A DNA stretch of 64,000 bases from Mobula hypostoma (Eukaryota): contig NC_086097.1 in the NCBI RefSeq assembly GCF_963921235.1, forward strand, positions 174,222,001-174,286,000, read 5' to 3'. Shown here piece after piece: positions 12,001-27,000 of the stretch; positions within the stretch are counted from its first letter, which is position 1; each line of letters begins with the position of its first letter. Under the pieces are notes generated by a model. The model was given only the letters and a program-made list of their open reading frames with translations. It ran no database searches and was not told the DNA's origin. Made by a program: the position numbers and the translations under genes.

Positions 12001-15000
12001 CTGCTACCAGAGAGGGTAAATTGCCTTCTGATTGCTGGTGGGATTGCTCTGCTACCAGAGAGGGTAAATTGCCTTCTGATTGCTGGTGGGATTGCTCTGC
12101 TGCTGGAGAGGGTAATTTGCCTTCTGATTGCTAGTGGGATTGCTCTGCTACCAAAGAAGGTAAATTGCCTTCTGATTGCTGTTGGGATTGCTGTGTTGCT
12201 GGAGAGGTGGGGCTGCTTCAGATTGCTGGTGGGATTGCTGTGCCACTGGAGAGGGTAAATTGCCTTCTGATTGCTGGTGGGATTGGTCTGGTACCAGAGA
12301 GGGTAAACTGCCTTCTGATTGCTGGTGGGATTGCTGTGCTACTGGAGAGGGTAAATTGCCTTCTGATTGCTGGTGGGATTGCTCTGCTACCAGAGAGGGT
12401 AAATTGCCTTCTGATTGCTGGTGGGATTGCTCTGCTACCAGAGAGGGTAAACTGCCTTCTGATTGCTGGTGGGATTGCTCTGCTACCAGAGAGGGTAAAT
12501 TGCCTTCTGATTGCTGGTGGGATTGCTGTGCTACTGGAGAGGGTAAATTGCCTTCTGACCACTGGTGGGATTGCTCTGCTGATCACAGAGGGTAAATTGC
12601 CTTCTGATTGCTGGTGGGATTGCTCTGCTACCAGAGAGGGGAAACTGCCTTCTGACTGCTGGTGGGATTGCTGTGCTACTGGAGAGGGTAAATTGCCTTC
12701 TGATTGCTGGTGGGATTGCTCTGCAACCAGAGAGGGTAAATTGCCTTCTGATTGCTGGTGGGATTGCTCTGCTGCTGGAGAGGGGCGACTGCTTTCTGAT
12801 TGCCGGTGGCATTGCTCTGCTACCAGAGAGGGTATATTGTCTTCTGATTGCTGGTGGGATTGCTCTGCTACCAGAGAGGGTAAATTGCTTTCTGATTGCT
12901 GGTGGAATTGCTCTGCTATCAACGAAGGTAAATTGCCTTCTGATTGCTGGTGGGATTGCTCTGCAACCAGAGAGGGTAAATTGCCTTTTGATTGCTGGTG
13001 GGATTGCTCTGCTACCAGAGAGGGTAAACTGCCTTCTAATTGCTGGTGGGATTGCTATGCTACTAGAGAGGGTAAATTGTCTTCTGATTGCTGGTGGGAT
13101 TGTTGTGCTGCTGGAGAGGAGGGACTGCTTTCTGATTGCTGGTGGGATTGCTCTGCTGCTGGAGAGGGGGGACTGCTTAGATTTGGTGGGATTGCTTGCA
13201 CGAGAGGGTAAATTGCAGATTGCTGGTGGGATTGCTCTGCTACCAGAGAGGGTAAATTGCCTTCTGATTGCTGGTGGGATTGCTCTGCTACCAGAGAGGG
13301 TAAATTGCTTCTGATTCGCTTGCTACCAAGAGGTAAATTGCCTTCTATTGCTGGTGGGATTGCTTGCTACCAGAGAGGGTAAATTGCCTTCTGATTGCTG
13401 GTGGGATTGCTCTGCTACCAGAGAGGGTAAATTGCCTTCTGATTGCTGGTGGGATTGCTCTGCTGCTGGAGAGGGGGGACTGCTTTCTGATTGCTGGTGG
13501 GATTGCTCTGCTACCAGAGAGGGTAAATTGCCTTCTGATTGCTGGTGGGATTGCTCTGCTACCAGAGAGGGTAAATTGCCTTCTGATTGCTGGTGGGATT
13601 GCTCTGCTACCAGAGAGGGTAAATTGCCTTCTGATTGCTGGTGGGATTGCTCTGCTACCAGAGAGGGTAAATTGCCTTCTGATTGCTGGTGGGATTGCTC
13701 TGCTGCTGGAGAGGTGGGGCTGCTTTCATATTGCTGCTGGGATTGCTGTGCCACTGGAGAGGGTAAATTGCCTTCTGATTGCTGGTGGGATTGCTCTGCT
13801 ACCAGAGAGGGTAAATTGTCTTCTGATTGCTGGTGGGATTGCTCTGCTACCAGAGAGGGTAAATTGCCTTCTGATTGCTGGTGGGATTGCTCTGCTACCA
13901 GAGAAGGTAAATTGCCTTCTGATTGCTGGTGGGATTGTTGTGCTGCTGGAGAGGAGGGACTGCTTTCTGATTGCTGGTGGGATTGCTCTGCTACCAGAGA
14001 GGGTAAATTGCTTTCTGATTGCTGGTGGGATTGCTCTGCTACCAGAGAGGGTAAATTGCCTTCTCATTGCTGGTGGGATTGCTCTGCTGCTGGAGTGGGG
14101 GGACTGCTTTCTGATTGCTCGTGGGATTGCTCTGCTACCAGAGAGGGTAAATTGCCTTCTCATTGCTGGTGGGATTGCTCTGCTACCAGAGAGGGTAAAT
14201 TGCCTTCTGACCACTGGTGGGATTGCTCTGCGATCACAGAGGGTAAATTGCCTTCTGATTGCTGGTGGGATTGCTCTGCTAACAGAGAGGGTAAATAGCT
14301 TTCTGATTGCTGGTGGGATTGCTGTGCTACCAGAGAGGGTAAATTGCCTTCTGATTGCTGGTGGGATTGCTCTGCTACCAGAGAGGGTAATTTCCTTCTG
14401 ATTGCTGGTGGGATTGCTCTGCTGCTGGAGAGGCGGGACTGTTTTCTGATTGCTGGTGGGATTGCTCTGCTGCTGGAGGGGGGGGCTGCTTTCAGATTAC
14501 TGGTGGGATTGCTGTGCCACTGGAGAGGGTAAATTGCCTTCTGATTGCTGGTGGGATTGCTCTGCTACCAGAGAGCGTAAACTGCCTTCTGATTGCTGGT
14601 GGGATTGCTCTGCTACCAGAGAGGGTAAATTGCCTTCTGATTGCTGGTGGGATTGCTGTGCTACCAGAGAGGGTAAATTGCCTTCTAATTGCTGGTGGGA
14701 TTGCTGTGCTACCAGAGAGGGTAAATTGCCTTCTGATTGCTGGTGGGATTGCTCTGCTACCAGAGAGGGTAAATTGCCTTCTGATTGCTGGTGGGATTGC
14801 TCTGCTGCTGGAGAGGGGGGACTTCTTTCTGATTGCTGGTGGGATTGCTCTGCTACCAGAGAGGGTAAATTGCCTTCTGATTGCTGGTGGGATTGCTCTG
14901 CTTCCAGAGAGGGTAAATTGCCTTCTGATTGCTGGTGGGATTGCTGTGCTGCTGGAGAGGGGGGACTGCTTTCTGATTGCTGGTGGGATTGCTGTGCTAC

Positions 15001-18000
15001 TGGAGAGGGTAAATTGCCTTCTGATTGCTGGTGGGATTGCTCTGCAACCAGAGAGGGTAAACTGCCTTCTGATTGCTGGTGGGATTGCTCTGCTACCAGA
15101 GAGGGTAAATTGCCTTCTGATTGCTGGTGGGATTGCTCTGCTACCAACGAAGGTAAATTGCCTTCTGATTGCTGGTGGGATTGCTCTGCTGCTGGAGAAG
15201 GGGGACTTCTTTCTGATTGCTGGTGGGATTGCTCTGCTACCAGAGAGGGTAAATTGCCTTCTGATTGCTGGTGGGATTGCTCTGCTACCAGAGAGGGTAA
15301 ATTGCCTTCTGATTGCTGGTGGGATTGCTGTGCTACCAGAGAGGGTAAATTGCCTTCTGATTGCTGGTGGGATTGCTCTGCTACCAGAGAGGGTAAACTG
15401 CCTTCTGATTGCTGGTGGGATTGCTCTGCTACCAGAGAGGGTAAATTGCTTTCTGATTGCTGGTGGGATTGCTCTGCTACCAGAGAGGGTAAATTGCCTT
15501 CTGATTGATGGTGGGATTGCTCTGCTACCAGAGAGGGTAAATTGCCTTCTGATTGCTGTTGGGATTGCTCTGCTGCTGGAGAGGGTAATTTGCCTTCTGA
15601 TTGCTAGTGGGATTGCTCTGCTACCAAAGAAGGTAAATTGCCTTCTGATTGCTGGTGGGATTGCTGTGTTGCTGGAGAGGTGGGGCTGCTTCACATTGCT
15701 ATTGGGATTGCTGTGCCACTGGAGAGGGTAAATTGCCTTCTGATTGCTGGTGGGATTGGTCTGGTACCAGAGAGGGTAAACTGCCTTCTGATTGCTGGTG
15801 GGATTGCTCTGCTACCAGAGAGGGTAAATTGCCTTCTGATTGCTGGTGGGATTGCTCTGCTACCAGAGAGGGTAAATTGCCTTCTGATTGCTGGTGGGAT
15901 TGCTCTGCTACCAGAGAGGGTAAACTGCCTTCTGATTGCTGGTGGGATTGCTCTGCTACCAGAGAGGGTAAATTGCCTTCTGATTGCTGGTGGGATTGCT
16001 GTGCTACTGTAGAGGGGGGACTGCTTTCTGATTGCTGGTGGGATTCCACTGCTACCAGAGAGGGTAAATTGCCTTCTGATTGCTGGTGGGATTGCTGTGC
16101 TACTGTAGAGGGGGGACTGCTTTCTGATTGCTGGTGGGATTGCTCTGCTACCAGAGAGGGTAAATTGCCTTCTGATTGCTGGTGGGATTGCTCTGCTCCC
16201 AGAGAGGGTAAATTGCCTTCTGATTGCTGGTGGGATTGCTCTGCTGCTGGAGAAGGGGGACTGCTTTCTGATTGCTGGTGGGATTGCTCTGCTACCAGAG
16301 AGGGTAAATTGCCTTCTGATTGCTGGTGGGATTGCTCTGCTACCAGAGAGGGTAAATTGCCTTCTGATTGCTGGTGGGATTGCTCTGCTACCAGAGAGGG
16401 TAAATTGCCTTCTGATTGCTGGTGGGATTGCTCTGCTACTAGAGAGGGTAAATTGCTTTCTGATTGCTGGTGGGATTGCTCTGCTACCAGAGAGGGTAAA
16501 TTGCCTTCTGATTGCTGGTGGGATTGCTCTGCTACCAGAGAGGGTAAATTGCCTTCTGATTGCTGGTGGGATTGCTGTGCTGCTGGAGAGGCGGGACTGT
16601 TTTCTGATTGCTGGTGGGATTGCTCTGCTGCTGGAGAGGGGGGACTGCTTTCAGATTGCTGGTGGGATTGCTGTGCTACTGGAGAGGGTAAATTGCCTTC
16701 TGATTGCTGGTGGGATTGCTCTGCTACCAGAAAGGGTAAACTGCCTTCTGATTGTTGGTGGGGTTGCTGTGCTACCGGAGAGGGTAAATTGCCTTCTGAT
16801 TGCTGGTGGGATTGCTGTGCTACCAGAGAGGGTAAATTGCCTTCTGATTGCTGGTGGGATTGCTCTGCTACCAGAGAGGGTAAATTGCCTTCTGATTGCT
16901 GGTGGGATTGCTCTGCTACCAGAGAGGGTAAATTGCCTTCTGATTGCTGGTGGGATTGCTCTGCTGCTGGAGAAGGGGGACTTCTTTCTGATTGCTGGTG
17001 GGATTGCTCTGCTACCAGAGAGGGTAAATTGCCTTCTGATTGCTGGTGGGATTGCTCTGCTACCAGAGAGGGTAAATTGCCTTCTGATTGCTGGTGGGAT
17101 TGCTCTGCTACCAGAGAGGGTAAATTGCCTTCTGATTGCTGGTGGGATTGCTCTGCTACCAAAGAAGGTAAATTGCCTTCTGATTGCTGGTGGGATTGCT
17201 GTGTTGCTGGAGAGGTGGGGCTGCTTTCAGATTGCTGGTGGGATTGCTGTGCCACTGGAGAGGGTAAATTGCCTTCTGATTGCTGGTGGGATTGGTCTGG
17301 TACCAGAGAGGGTAAACTGCCTTCTGATTGCTGGTGGGATTGCTCTGCTACCAGAGAGGGTAAATTGCCTTCTGATTGCTGTTGGGATTGCTCTGCTACC
17401 AAAGAAGGTAAATTGCCCTCTGATTGCTGGTGGGATTGCTGTGATGCTGGAGAGGAGGGACTGCCTTCTGATTGCTGGTGGGATTGCTCTGCTACCAGAG
17501 AGGGTAAATTGCCTTCTGATTGCTGGTGGGATTGCTCTGCTACCAGAGAGGGTAAATTGCCTTCTCATTGCTGGTGGGATTGCTCTGCTGCTGGAGAGGG
17601 GGGACTGCTTTCTGATTGCTGGTGTGATTGCTCTGCTACCAGAGAGGGTAAATTGCCTTCTGATTGCTGGTGGGATTGCTCTGCTACCAGAGAGGGTAAA
17701 TTGCCTTCTGATTGCTGGTGGGATTGCTCTGCGATCACAGAGGGTAAATTGCCTTCTGATTGCTGCTGGGATTGCTCTGCTAACAGAGAGGGTAAATTGC
17801 CTTCTGATTGCTGGTGGGATTGCTGTGCTACCAGAGAGGGTAAATTGCCTTCTGATTGCTGGTGGGATTGCTCTGCTACCAACGAAGGTAAATTGCCTTC
17901 TGATTGCTGGTGGGATTGCTGTGCTGCTGGAGAGGCGGGACTGTTTTCTGATTGCTGGTGGGATTGCTCTGCTGCTGGAGGGGGGGGGGCTGCTTTCAGA

Positions 18001-21000
18001 TTACTGGTGGGATTGCTGTGTCACTGGAGAGGGTAAATTGCCTTCTGATTGCTGGTGGGATTGCTCTGCTACCAGAGAGGGTCAACTGCCTTCTGATTGC
18101 TGGTGGGATTGCTCTGCTACCAGAGAGGGTAAATTGCCTTCTGATTGCTGGTGGGATTGCTCTGCTACCATAGATGGTAAATTGCCTTCTAATTGCTGGT
18201 GGGATTGCTGTGCTACCAGAGAGGGTAAATTGCCTTCTGATTGCTGGTGGGATTGCTCTGCTACCAGAGAGGGTAAACTGCCTTCTGTTGCTGGTGGGAT
18301 TGCTCTGCTGCTGGAGAGGGGGGACTGCTTTCTGATTGCTGGTGGGATTGCTCTGCTACCAGAGAGGGTAAATTGCCTTCTCATTGCTGGTGGGATTGCT
18401 CTGCTACCAGAGAGGGTAAATTGCCTTCTGATTGCTGGTGGGATTGCTGTGCTGCTGGAGAGGTGGGACTGCTTTCTGATTGCTGGTGGGATTGCTGTGC
18501 TACTGGAGATGGTAAATTGCCTTCTGATTGCTGGTGGGATTGGTCTGGTACCAGAGAGGGTAAACTGCCTTCTGATTGCTGGTGGGATTGCTCTGCTACC
18601 AGAGAGCGTAAACTGCCTGCTGATTGCTGGTGGGATTGCTCTGCTACCAAAGAAGGTAAATTGCCCTCTGATTGCTGGTGGGATTGCTGTGTTGCTGGAG
18701 AGGAGGGACTGCCTTCTGATTGCTGGTGGGATTGCTCTGCTCCCAGAGAGCGTAAATTGCCTTCTGATTGCTGGTGGGATTGCTCTGCTACCAGAGAGGG
18801 TAAATTGCCTTCTGATTGCTGGTGGGATTGCTCTGCTACCAGAGAGGGTAAATTGCCTTCTGATTGCTGGTGGGATTGCTCTGCTACCAGAGAGGGTAAA
18901 CTGCCTTCTGATTATTGGTGGGGTTGCTGTGATACCAGAGAGGGTAAATTGCCTTCTGATTGCTGGTGGGATTGCTCTGCTGCTGGAGAGGGTAAATTGC
19001 TTTCTGATTGCTGGTGGGATTGCTCTGCTACCAGAGAGGGTAAATTGCCTTCTGATTGCTGGTGGGATTGCTCTGCTGCTGGAGAGGGTAATTTGCCTTC
19101 TGATTGCTGGTGGGATTGCTCTGCTACCAAAGAAGGTAAATTGCCTTCTGATTGCTGGTGGGATTGCTGTGTTGCTGGAGAGGTGGGGCTGCTTCACATT
19201 GCTATTGGGATTGCTGTGCCACTGGAGAGGGTAAATTGCCTTCTGATTGCTGGTGGGATTGCTCTGGTACCAGAGAGGGTAAACTGCCTTCTGATTGCTG
19301 GTGGGATTGCTCTGCTACCAGAGAGGGTAAATTGCCTTCTGATTGCTGGTGGGATTGCTCTGCTACCAAAGAAGGTAAATTGCCTTCTGATTGCTGGTGG
19401 GATTGCTCTGTGACCAGATAGCGTAAACTGCCTTCTGATTGCTGGTGGGATTGCTCTGCTACCAGAGAGGGTAAATTGCCTTCTGATTGCTGGTGGGATT
19501 GCTGTGCTACTGTAGAGGGGGGACTGCTTTCTGATTGCTGGTGGGATTCCACTGCTACCAGAGAGGGTAAATTGACTTCTAATTGCTGGTGGGATTGCTG
19601 TGCTACTGTAGAGGGGGGACTGCTTTCTGATTGCTGCTGGGATTGCTCTGCTACCAGAGAGGGTAAATTGCTTTCTGATTGCTGGTGGGATTGCACTGCT
19701 CCCAGAGAGGGTAAATTGCCTTCTGATTGCTGGTGGGATTGCTCTGCTGCTGGAGTGGGGGGACTGCTTTCTGATTGCTCGTGGGATTGCTCTGCTACCA
19801 GAGAGGGTAAATTGCCTTCTGATTGCTGGTGGGATTGCTCTGCTACCAGAGAGGGTAAATTGCCTTCTGATTGCTGGTGGGATTGCTCTGCTACCAACGA
19901 GGGTAAATTGCCTTCTCATTGCTGGTGGGATTGCTCTGCTAACAGAGAGGGTAAATAGCTTTCTGATTGCTGGTGGGATTGCTGTGCTGCCAGAGAGGGT
20001 AAATTGCCTTCTGATTGCTGGTGGGATTGCTCTGCTACCATATAGAGTAATTTGCCTTCTGTTTGCTGGTGGGATTGCTGTGCTGCTGGAGAGGCGGGAC
20101 TGTTTTCTGATTGCTGGTGGGATTGCTCTGCTGCTGGAGAGGGGGCTGCTTTCTGATTGCTGGTGGGATTGCTGTGCCACTGGAGAGGGTAAATTGCCTT
20201 CTGATTGCTGGTGGGATTGCTCTGCTACCAGAGAGCGTAAACTGCCTTCTGATTGCTGGTGGGATTGCTCTGCTAACAGAGAGGGTAAATTGCCTTCTGA
20301 TTGCTGGTGGGATTGCTGTGCTACCACAGATGGTAAATTGCCTTCTAATTGCTGGTGGGATTGCTGTGCTACCAGAGAGGGTAAATTGCCTTCTGATTGC
20401 TGGTGGGATTGCTCTGCTACCAGAGAGGGTAAATTGCCTTCTGATTGCTGGTGGGATTGCTCTGCTGCTGGAGAGGGGGGACTGCTTTCTGATTGCTGGT
20501 GGGATTGCTCTGCTACCAGAGAGGGTAAATTGCCTTCTGATTGCTGCTGGGATTGCTCTGCTACCAGAGAGGGTAAATTGCCTTCTGATTGCTGGTGGGA
20601 TTGCTCTGCTACCAGAGAGGGTAAATTGCCTTCTGATTGCTGGTGGGATTGCTCTGCTACCAGAGAGGGTAAATTGCCTTCTGATTGCTGGTGGGATTGC
20701 TCTGCTGCTGGAGAGGGGGGACTGCTTTCTGATTGCTGGTGGGATTGCTGTGCTACTGGAGAGGGTAAATTGCCTTCTGATTGCTGGTGGGATTGGTCTG
20801 GTACCAGAGAGGGTAAACTGCCTTCTGATTGCTGGTGGGATTGCTCTGCTACCAGAGAGGGTAAATTGCCTTCTGATTGCTGGTGGGATTGCTCTGCTGC
20901 CAAAGAAAGGGTAAATTGCCCTCTGATTGCTGGTGGGATTGCTGTGTTGCTGGAGAGGAGGGACTGCCTTCTGATTGCTGGTGGGATTGCTCTGCTCCCA

Positions 21001-24000
21001 GAGAGCGTAAATTGCCTTCTGATTGCTGGTGGGATTGCTCTGCTAACAGAGAGGGTAAATTGCCTTCTGATTGCTGGTGGGATTGCTCTGCTACCAGAGA
21101 GGGTAAATTGCCTTCTGATTGCTGGTGGGATTGCTCTGCTGCTGCAGAGGGGGTAAATTGCTTTCATATTACTGGTGGGATTGCTCTGCTACCAGAGAGG
21201 GTAAATTGCCTTCTGATTGCTGGTGGGATTGCTCTGCTACCAGAGAGGGTAAATTGCCTTCTAATTGCTGGTGGGAATGCTGTGCTACTGTAGAGGGGGG
21301 ACTGCTTTCTGATTGCTGGTGGGATTGCTCTGCTACCAGATAGAGTAAATTGCCTTCTAATTGCTGGTGGGATTACTCTGCTAACAGAGAGGGTAAATTG
21401 CTTTCTGATTGCCGGTGGGATTGCTGTGCTACCAGAGAGGGTAAATTGCCTTCTGATTGCTGGTGGGATTGCTCTGCTACCAGAGAGGGTAAATTGCCTT
21501 CTGATTGCTGGTGGGATTGCTCTGCTACCAGAGAGGGTAAATTGCCTTCTGATTGCTGGTGGGATTGCTCTGCTACCAGAGAGGGTAAATTGCCTTCTGA
21601 TTGCTGCTGGGATTGCTCTGCTAACAGAGAGGGTAAATTGCCTTCTGATTGCTGGTGGGATTGCTGTGCTACCAGAGAGGGTAAATTGCCTTCTGATTGC
21701 TGGTGGGATTGCTCTGCTCCCAGAGAGGGTAAACTGCCTTCTGATTAAGAGGGTAAATTCCCTTCTGATTGCCGGTGGGATTGCTGTGATACCAGAGAGA
21801 GTAAATTATCTTCTCATTGCTGGTGGGATTGCTCTGCTACCAGAAAGGGTAAATTGCTTTCTGATTGCTGGTGGGATTGCTCTGCTACCAGAGAGGGTAA
21901 ATTGCCTTCTGATTGCTGGTGGGATTGCTCTGCTGCTGGAGAGGGTAATTTGCCTTCTGATTGCTAGTGGGATTGCTCTGCTACCAAAGAAGGTAAATTG
22001 CCTTCTGATTGCTGGTGGGATTGCTGTGTTGCTGGAGAGGTGGGGCTGCTTCACATTGCTATTGGGATTGCTGTGCCACTGGAGAGGGTAAATTGCCTTC
22101 TGATTGCTGGTGGGATTGGTCTGGTACCAGAGAGGGTAAACTGCCTTCTGATTGCTGGTGGGATTGCTCTGCTACCAGAGAGGGTAAATTGCCTTCTGAT
22201 TGCTGGTGGGATTGCTCTGCTACCAAAGAAGGTAAATTGCCTTCTGATTGCTGGTGGGATTGCTCTGCTGCTGGAGAGGGTAAATTGCCTTCTGATTGCT
22301 GGTGGGATTGGTGTGGTACCAGAGAGGGTAAACTGCCTTCTGATTGCTGGTGGGATTGCTCTGCGACCAGATAGCGTAAACTGCCTTCTGATTGCTGGTG
22401 GGATTGCTCTGCTACCAGAGAGGGTAAATTGCCTTCTGATTGCTGGTGGGATTGCTGTGCTACTGTAGAGGGGGGACTGCTTTCTGATTGCTGGTGGGAT
22501 TCCACTGCTACCAGAGAGGGTAAATTGACTTCTAATTGCTGGTGGGATTGCTGTGCTACTGTAGAGGGGGGACTGCTTTCTGATTGCTGCTGGGATTGCT
22601 CTGCTACCAGAGAGGGTAAATTGCCTTCTGATTGCTGGTGGGATTGCTCTGCTCCCAGAGAGGGTAAATTGCCTTCTGATTGCTGGTGGGATTGCTGTGC
22701 TGCTGGAGAGGCGGGACTGTTTTCTGATTGCTGGTGGGATTGCTCTGCTGCTGGAGAGGGGGGGCTGCTTTCAGATTACTGGTGGGATTGCTGTGCCACT
22801 GGAGAGGGTAAATTGCCTTCTGATTGCTGGTGGGATTGCTCTGCTACCAGAGAGCGTAAACTGCCTTCTGATTGCTGGTGCGATTGCTCTGCTGACAGAG
22901 AGGGTAAATTGCCTTCTGATTGCTGGTGGGATTGCTGTGCTACCAGAGAGGGTAAATTGCCTTCTGATTGCTGGTGGGATTGCTCTGCTACCAGAGAGGG
23001 TAAATTGCCTTCTGATTGCTGGTGGGATTGCTCTGCTACCAGAGAGGGTAAATTGCCTTCTGATTGCTGGTGGGATTGCTCTGCTGCTGGAGAGGGGGGA
23101 CTGCTTTCTGATTGCTGGTGGGATTGCTCTGCTACCAGAGAGGGTAAATTGCCTTCTGATTGCTGGTGGGATTGCTCTGCTACCAGAGAGGGTAAATTGC
23201 CTTCTGATTGCTGGTGGGATTGCTCTGCTACCAGAGAGGGTAAATTGCTTTCTGATTGCTGGTGGGATTGCTCTGCTCCCAGAGAGGGTAAATTGCCTTC
23301 TGATTGCTGGTGGGATTGCTGTGTTGCTGGAGAGGTGGGGCTGCTTTCAGATTGCTGGTGGGATTGCTGTGCCACTGGAGAGGGTAAATTGCCTTCTGAT
23401 TGCTGGTGGGATTGGTCTGGTACCAGAGAGGGTAAACTGCCTTCTGATTGCTGGTGGGATTGCTCTGCTACCAGAGAGGGTAAATTGCCTTCTGATTGCT
23501 GCTGGGATTGCTCTGCTAACAGAGAGGGTAAATTGCCCTCTGATTGCTGGTGGGATTGCTGTGATGCTGGAGAGGAGGGACTGCCTTCTGATTGCTGGTG
23601 GGATTGCTCTGCTCCCAGAGAGCGTAAATTGCCTTCTGATTGCTGGTGGGATTGCTCTGCTGCCAGAGAGGGTAAATTGCCTTCTGATTGCTGGTGGGAT
23701 TGCTCTGCTGCTGGAGAGGGTAAATTGCCTTCTTATTGCTGGTGGGATTGCTCTGCTGCCAGAGAGGGTAAATTGCTTTCTGATTGCTGGTGGGATTGCA
23801 CTGCTACCAGAGAGGGTAAATTGCCTTCTGACCACTGGTGGGATTGCTCTGTGATCACAGAGGGCAAATTGCCTTCTGATTGCTGGTGGGATTGCTCTGC
23901 TAACAGAGGGTAAATTGCCTTCTGATTGCTGGTGGGATTGCTGTGCTACCAGAGAGGGTAAATTGCCTTCTGATTGCTGGTGGGATTGCTCTGCTACCAG

Positions 24001-27000
24001 ATAGAGTAATTTACCTTCTGTTTGCTGGTGGGATTGCTGTGCTGCTGGAGAGGCGGGACTGTTTTCTGATTGCTGGTGGGATTGCTCTGCTGCTGGAGGG
24101 GGGGCTGCTTTCAGATTACTGGTGGGATTGCTGTGCCACTGGAGAGGGTAAATTGCCTTCTGATTGCTGGTGGGATTGCTCTGCTACCAGAGAGCGTAAA
24201 CTGCCTTCTGATTGCTGGTGCGATTGCTCTGCTGACAGAGAGGGTAAATTGCCTTCTGATTGCTGGTGGGATTGCTGTGCTACCAGAGAGGGTAAATTGC
24301 CTTCTGATTGCTGGTGGGATTGCTCTGCTACCAGAGAGGGTAAATTGCCTTCTGATTGCTGGTGGGATTGCTCTGCTACCAACGAGGGTAAATTGCCTTC
24401 TGATTGCTGGTGGGATTGCTCTGCTGCTGGAGAAGGGGGACTTCTTTCTGATTGCTGGTGGGATTGCTCTGCTACCAGAGAGGGTAAATTGCCTTCTGAT
24501 TGCTGCTGGGATTGCTCTGCTACCAGAGAGGGTAAATTGCTTTCTGATTGCTGGTGGGATTGCACTGCTCCCAGAGATGGTAAACGGCCTTCTGATTGCT
24601 GGTGGGATTGATGTGCTACCAGAGATGGTAAACTGCCTTCTGTTGCTGGTGGGATTGCTGTGTTGCTGGAGAGGTGGGGCTGCTTTCAGATTGCTGGTGG
24701 GATTGCTGTGCTACTGGAGATGGTAAATTGCCTTCTGATTGCTGGTGGGATTGGTCTGGTACCAGAGAGGGTAAACTGCCTTCTGATTGCTGGTGGGATT
24801 GCTCTGCTACCAGAGAGGGTAAATTGCCTTCTGATTGCTGGTGGGATTGCTCTGCTACCAAAGAAGGTAAATTGCCTTCTGATTGCTGGTGGGATTGCTG
24901 TGCTGCTGGAGAGGAGGGACTGCCTTCTGATTGCTGGTGGGATTGCTCTGCTACCAGAGAGGGTAAATTGCCTTCTGATTGCTGGTGGGATTGCTCTGCT
25001 GCTGGAGAGGGGGGACTGCTTTCTGATTGCTGGTGGGATTGCTCTGCTACCAGAGAGGGTAAATTGCCTTCTGATTGCTGGTGGGATTGCTCTGCTGCTG
25101 GAGAGGGGGGACTGCTTTCTGATTGCTGGTGGGATTGCTCTGCTACCAGAGAGGGTAAATTGCCTTCTGATTGCTGGTGGGATTGCTCTGCTACCAGAGA
25201 GGGTAAATTGCCTTCTGATTGCTGGTGGGATTGCTGTGCTGCTGGAGAGGGGGGACTGCTTTCTGATTGCTGGTGGGATTGCTCTGCTACGACAGAGGGT
25301 AAATTGCCTTCTAATTGCTGGTGGGATTGCTGTGCCACTGGAGAGGGTAAATTGCCTTCTGATTGCTGGTGGGATTGCTCTGCTACCAGAGAGGGTAAAC
25401 TGCCTTCTGATTGCTGGTGGGATTGCTCTGCTACCAGAGAGGGTAAATTGCCTTCTGATTGCTGGTGGGATTGCTCTGCTACCAGAGAGGGTAAATTGCC
25501 TTCTGATTGCTGGTGGGATTGCTCTGCTACCAGAGAGGGTAAATTGCCTTCTGATTGCTGGTGGGATTGCTCTGCTACCAGAGAGGGTAAATTGCCTTCT
25601 GATTGCTGGTGGGATTGCTCTGCTGCTGGAGAGGGGGGACTGCTTTCTGATTGCTGGTGGGATTGCTCTGCTACCAGAGAGGGTAAATTGCCTTCTGATT
25701 GCTGGTGGGATTGCTCTGCTACCAGAGAGGGTAAATTGCCTTCTGATTGCTGGTGGGATTGCTCTGCTACCAGAGAGGGTAAATTGCCTTCTGATTGCTG
25801 GTGGGATTGCTGTGCTACCAGAGATGGTAAACTGCCTTCTGTTGCTGTTGGGATTGCTGTGTTGCTGGAGAGGTGGGGCTGCTTTCAGATTGCTGGTGGG
25901 ATTGCTGTGCCACTGGAGAGGGTAAATTGCCTTCTGATTGCTGGTGGGATTGGTCTGGTACCAGAGAGGGTAAACTGCCTTCTGATTGCTGGTGGGATTG
26001 CTCTGCTACCAGAGAGGGTAAATTGCCTTCTGATTGCTGGTGGGATTGCTCTGCTACCAAAGAAGGTAAATTGCCTTCTGATTGCTGGTGGGATTGCTGT
26101 GATGCTGGAGAGGAGGGACTGCCTTCTGATTGCTGGTGGGATTGCTCTGCTCCCAGAGAGCGTAAATTGCCTTCTGATTGCTGGTGGGATTGCTCTGCTA
26201 CCAGAGAGGGTAAATTGCCTTCTGATTGCTGGTGGGATTGCTCTGCTGCTGGAGAAGGGGGACTGCTTTCTGATTGCTGGTGGGATTGCTCTGCTACCAG
26301 AGAGGGTAAATTGCCTTCTGATTGCTGGTGGGATTGCTCTGCTACCAGAGAGGGTAAATTGCCTTCTGATTGCTGGTGGGATTGCTCTGCTACCAGAGAG
26401 GGTAAACTGCCTTCTGATTGCTGGTGGGATTGCTCTGCGAACAGAGAGGGTAAATAGCTTTCTGATTGCTGGTGGGATTGCTGTGCTGCCAGAGAGGGTA
26501 AATTGCCTTCTGATTGCTGGTGGGATTGCTCTGCTACCAGAGAGGAGTAATTTACCTTCTGTTTGCTCGTGGGATTGCTGTGCTGCTGGAGAGGCGGGAC
26601 TGTTTTCTGATTGCTGGTGGGATTGCTCTGCTGCTGGAGAGGGGGGAGCTGCTTTCAGATTACTGGTGGGATTGCTGTGCCACTGGAGAGGGTAAATTGC
26701 CTTCTGATTGCTGATGGGATTGCTCTGCTGCTGGAGAGGAGGGACTGCCTTCTGATTGCTGGTGGGATTGCTGTAGTACCAGAGAGGGTAAATTGCCTTC
26801 TGATTGCTGGTGGGATTGCTCTGCTAACAGAGGGTAAATTGCCTTCTGATTGCTGGTGGGATTGCTCTGCTACCAGAGAGGGTAAATTGCCTTCTGATTG
26901 CTGGTGGGATTGCTCTGCTGCTGGAGGGGGGGTCTGCTTTCTGATATGCTGCTGGGATTGCTGTGCCACTGGAGAGGGTAAATTGCCTTCTGATTGCTGG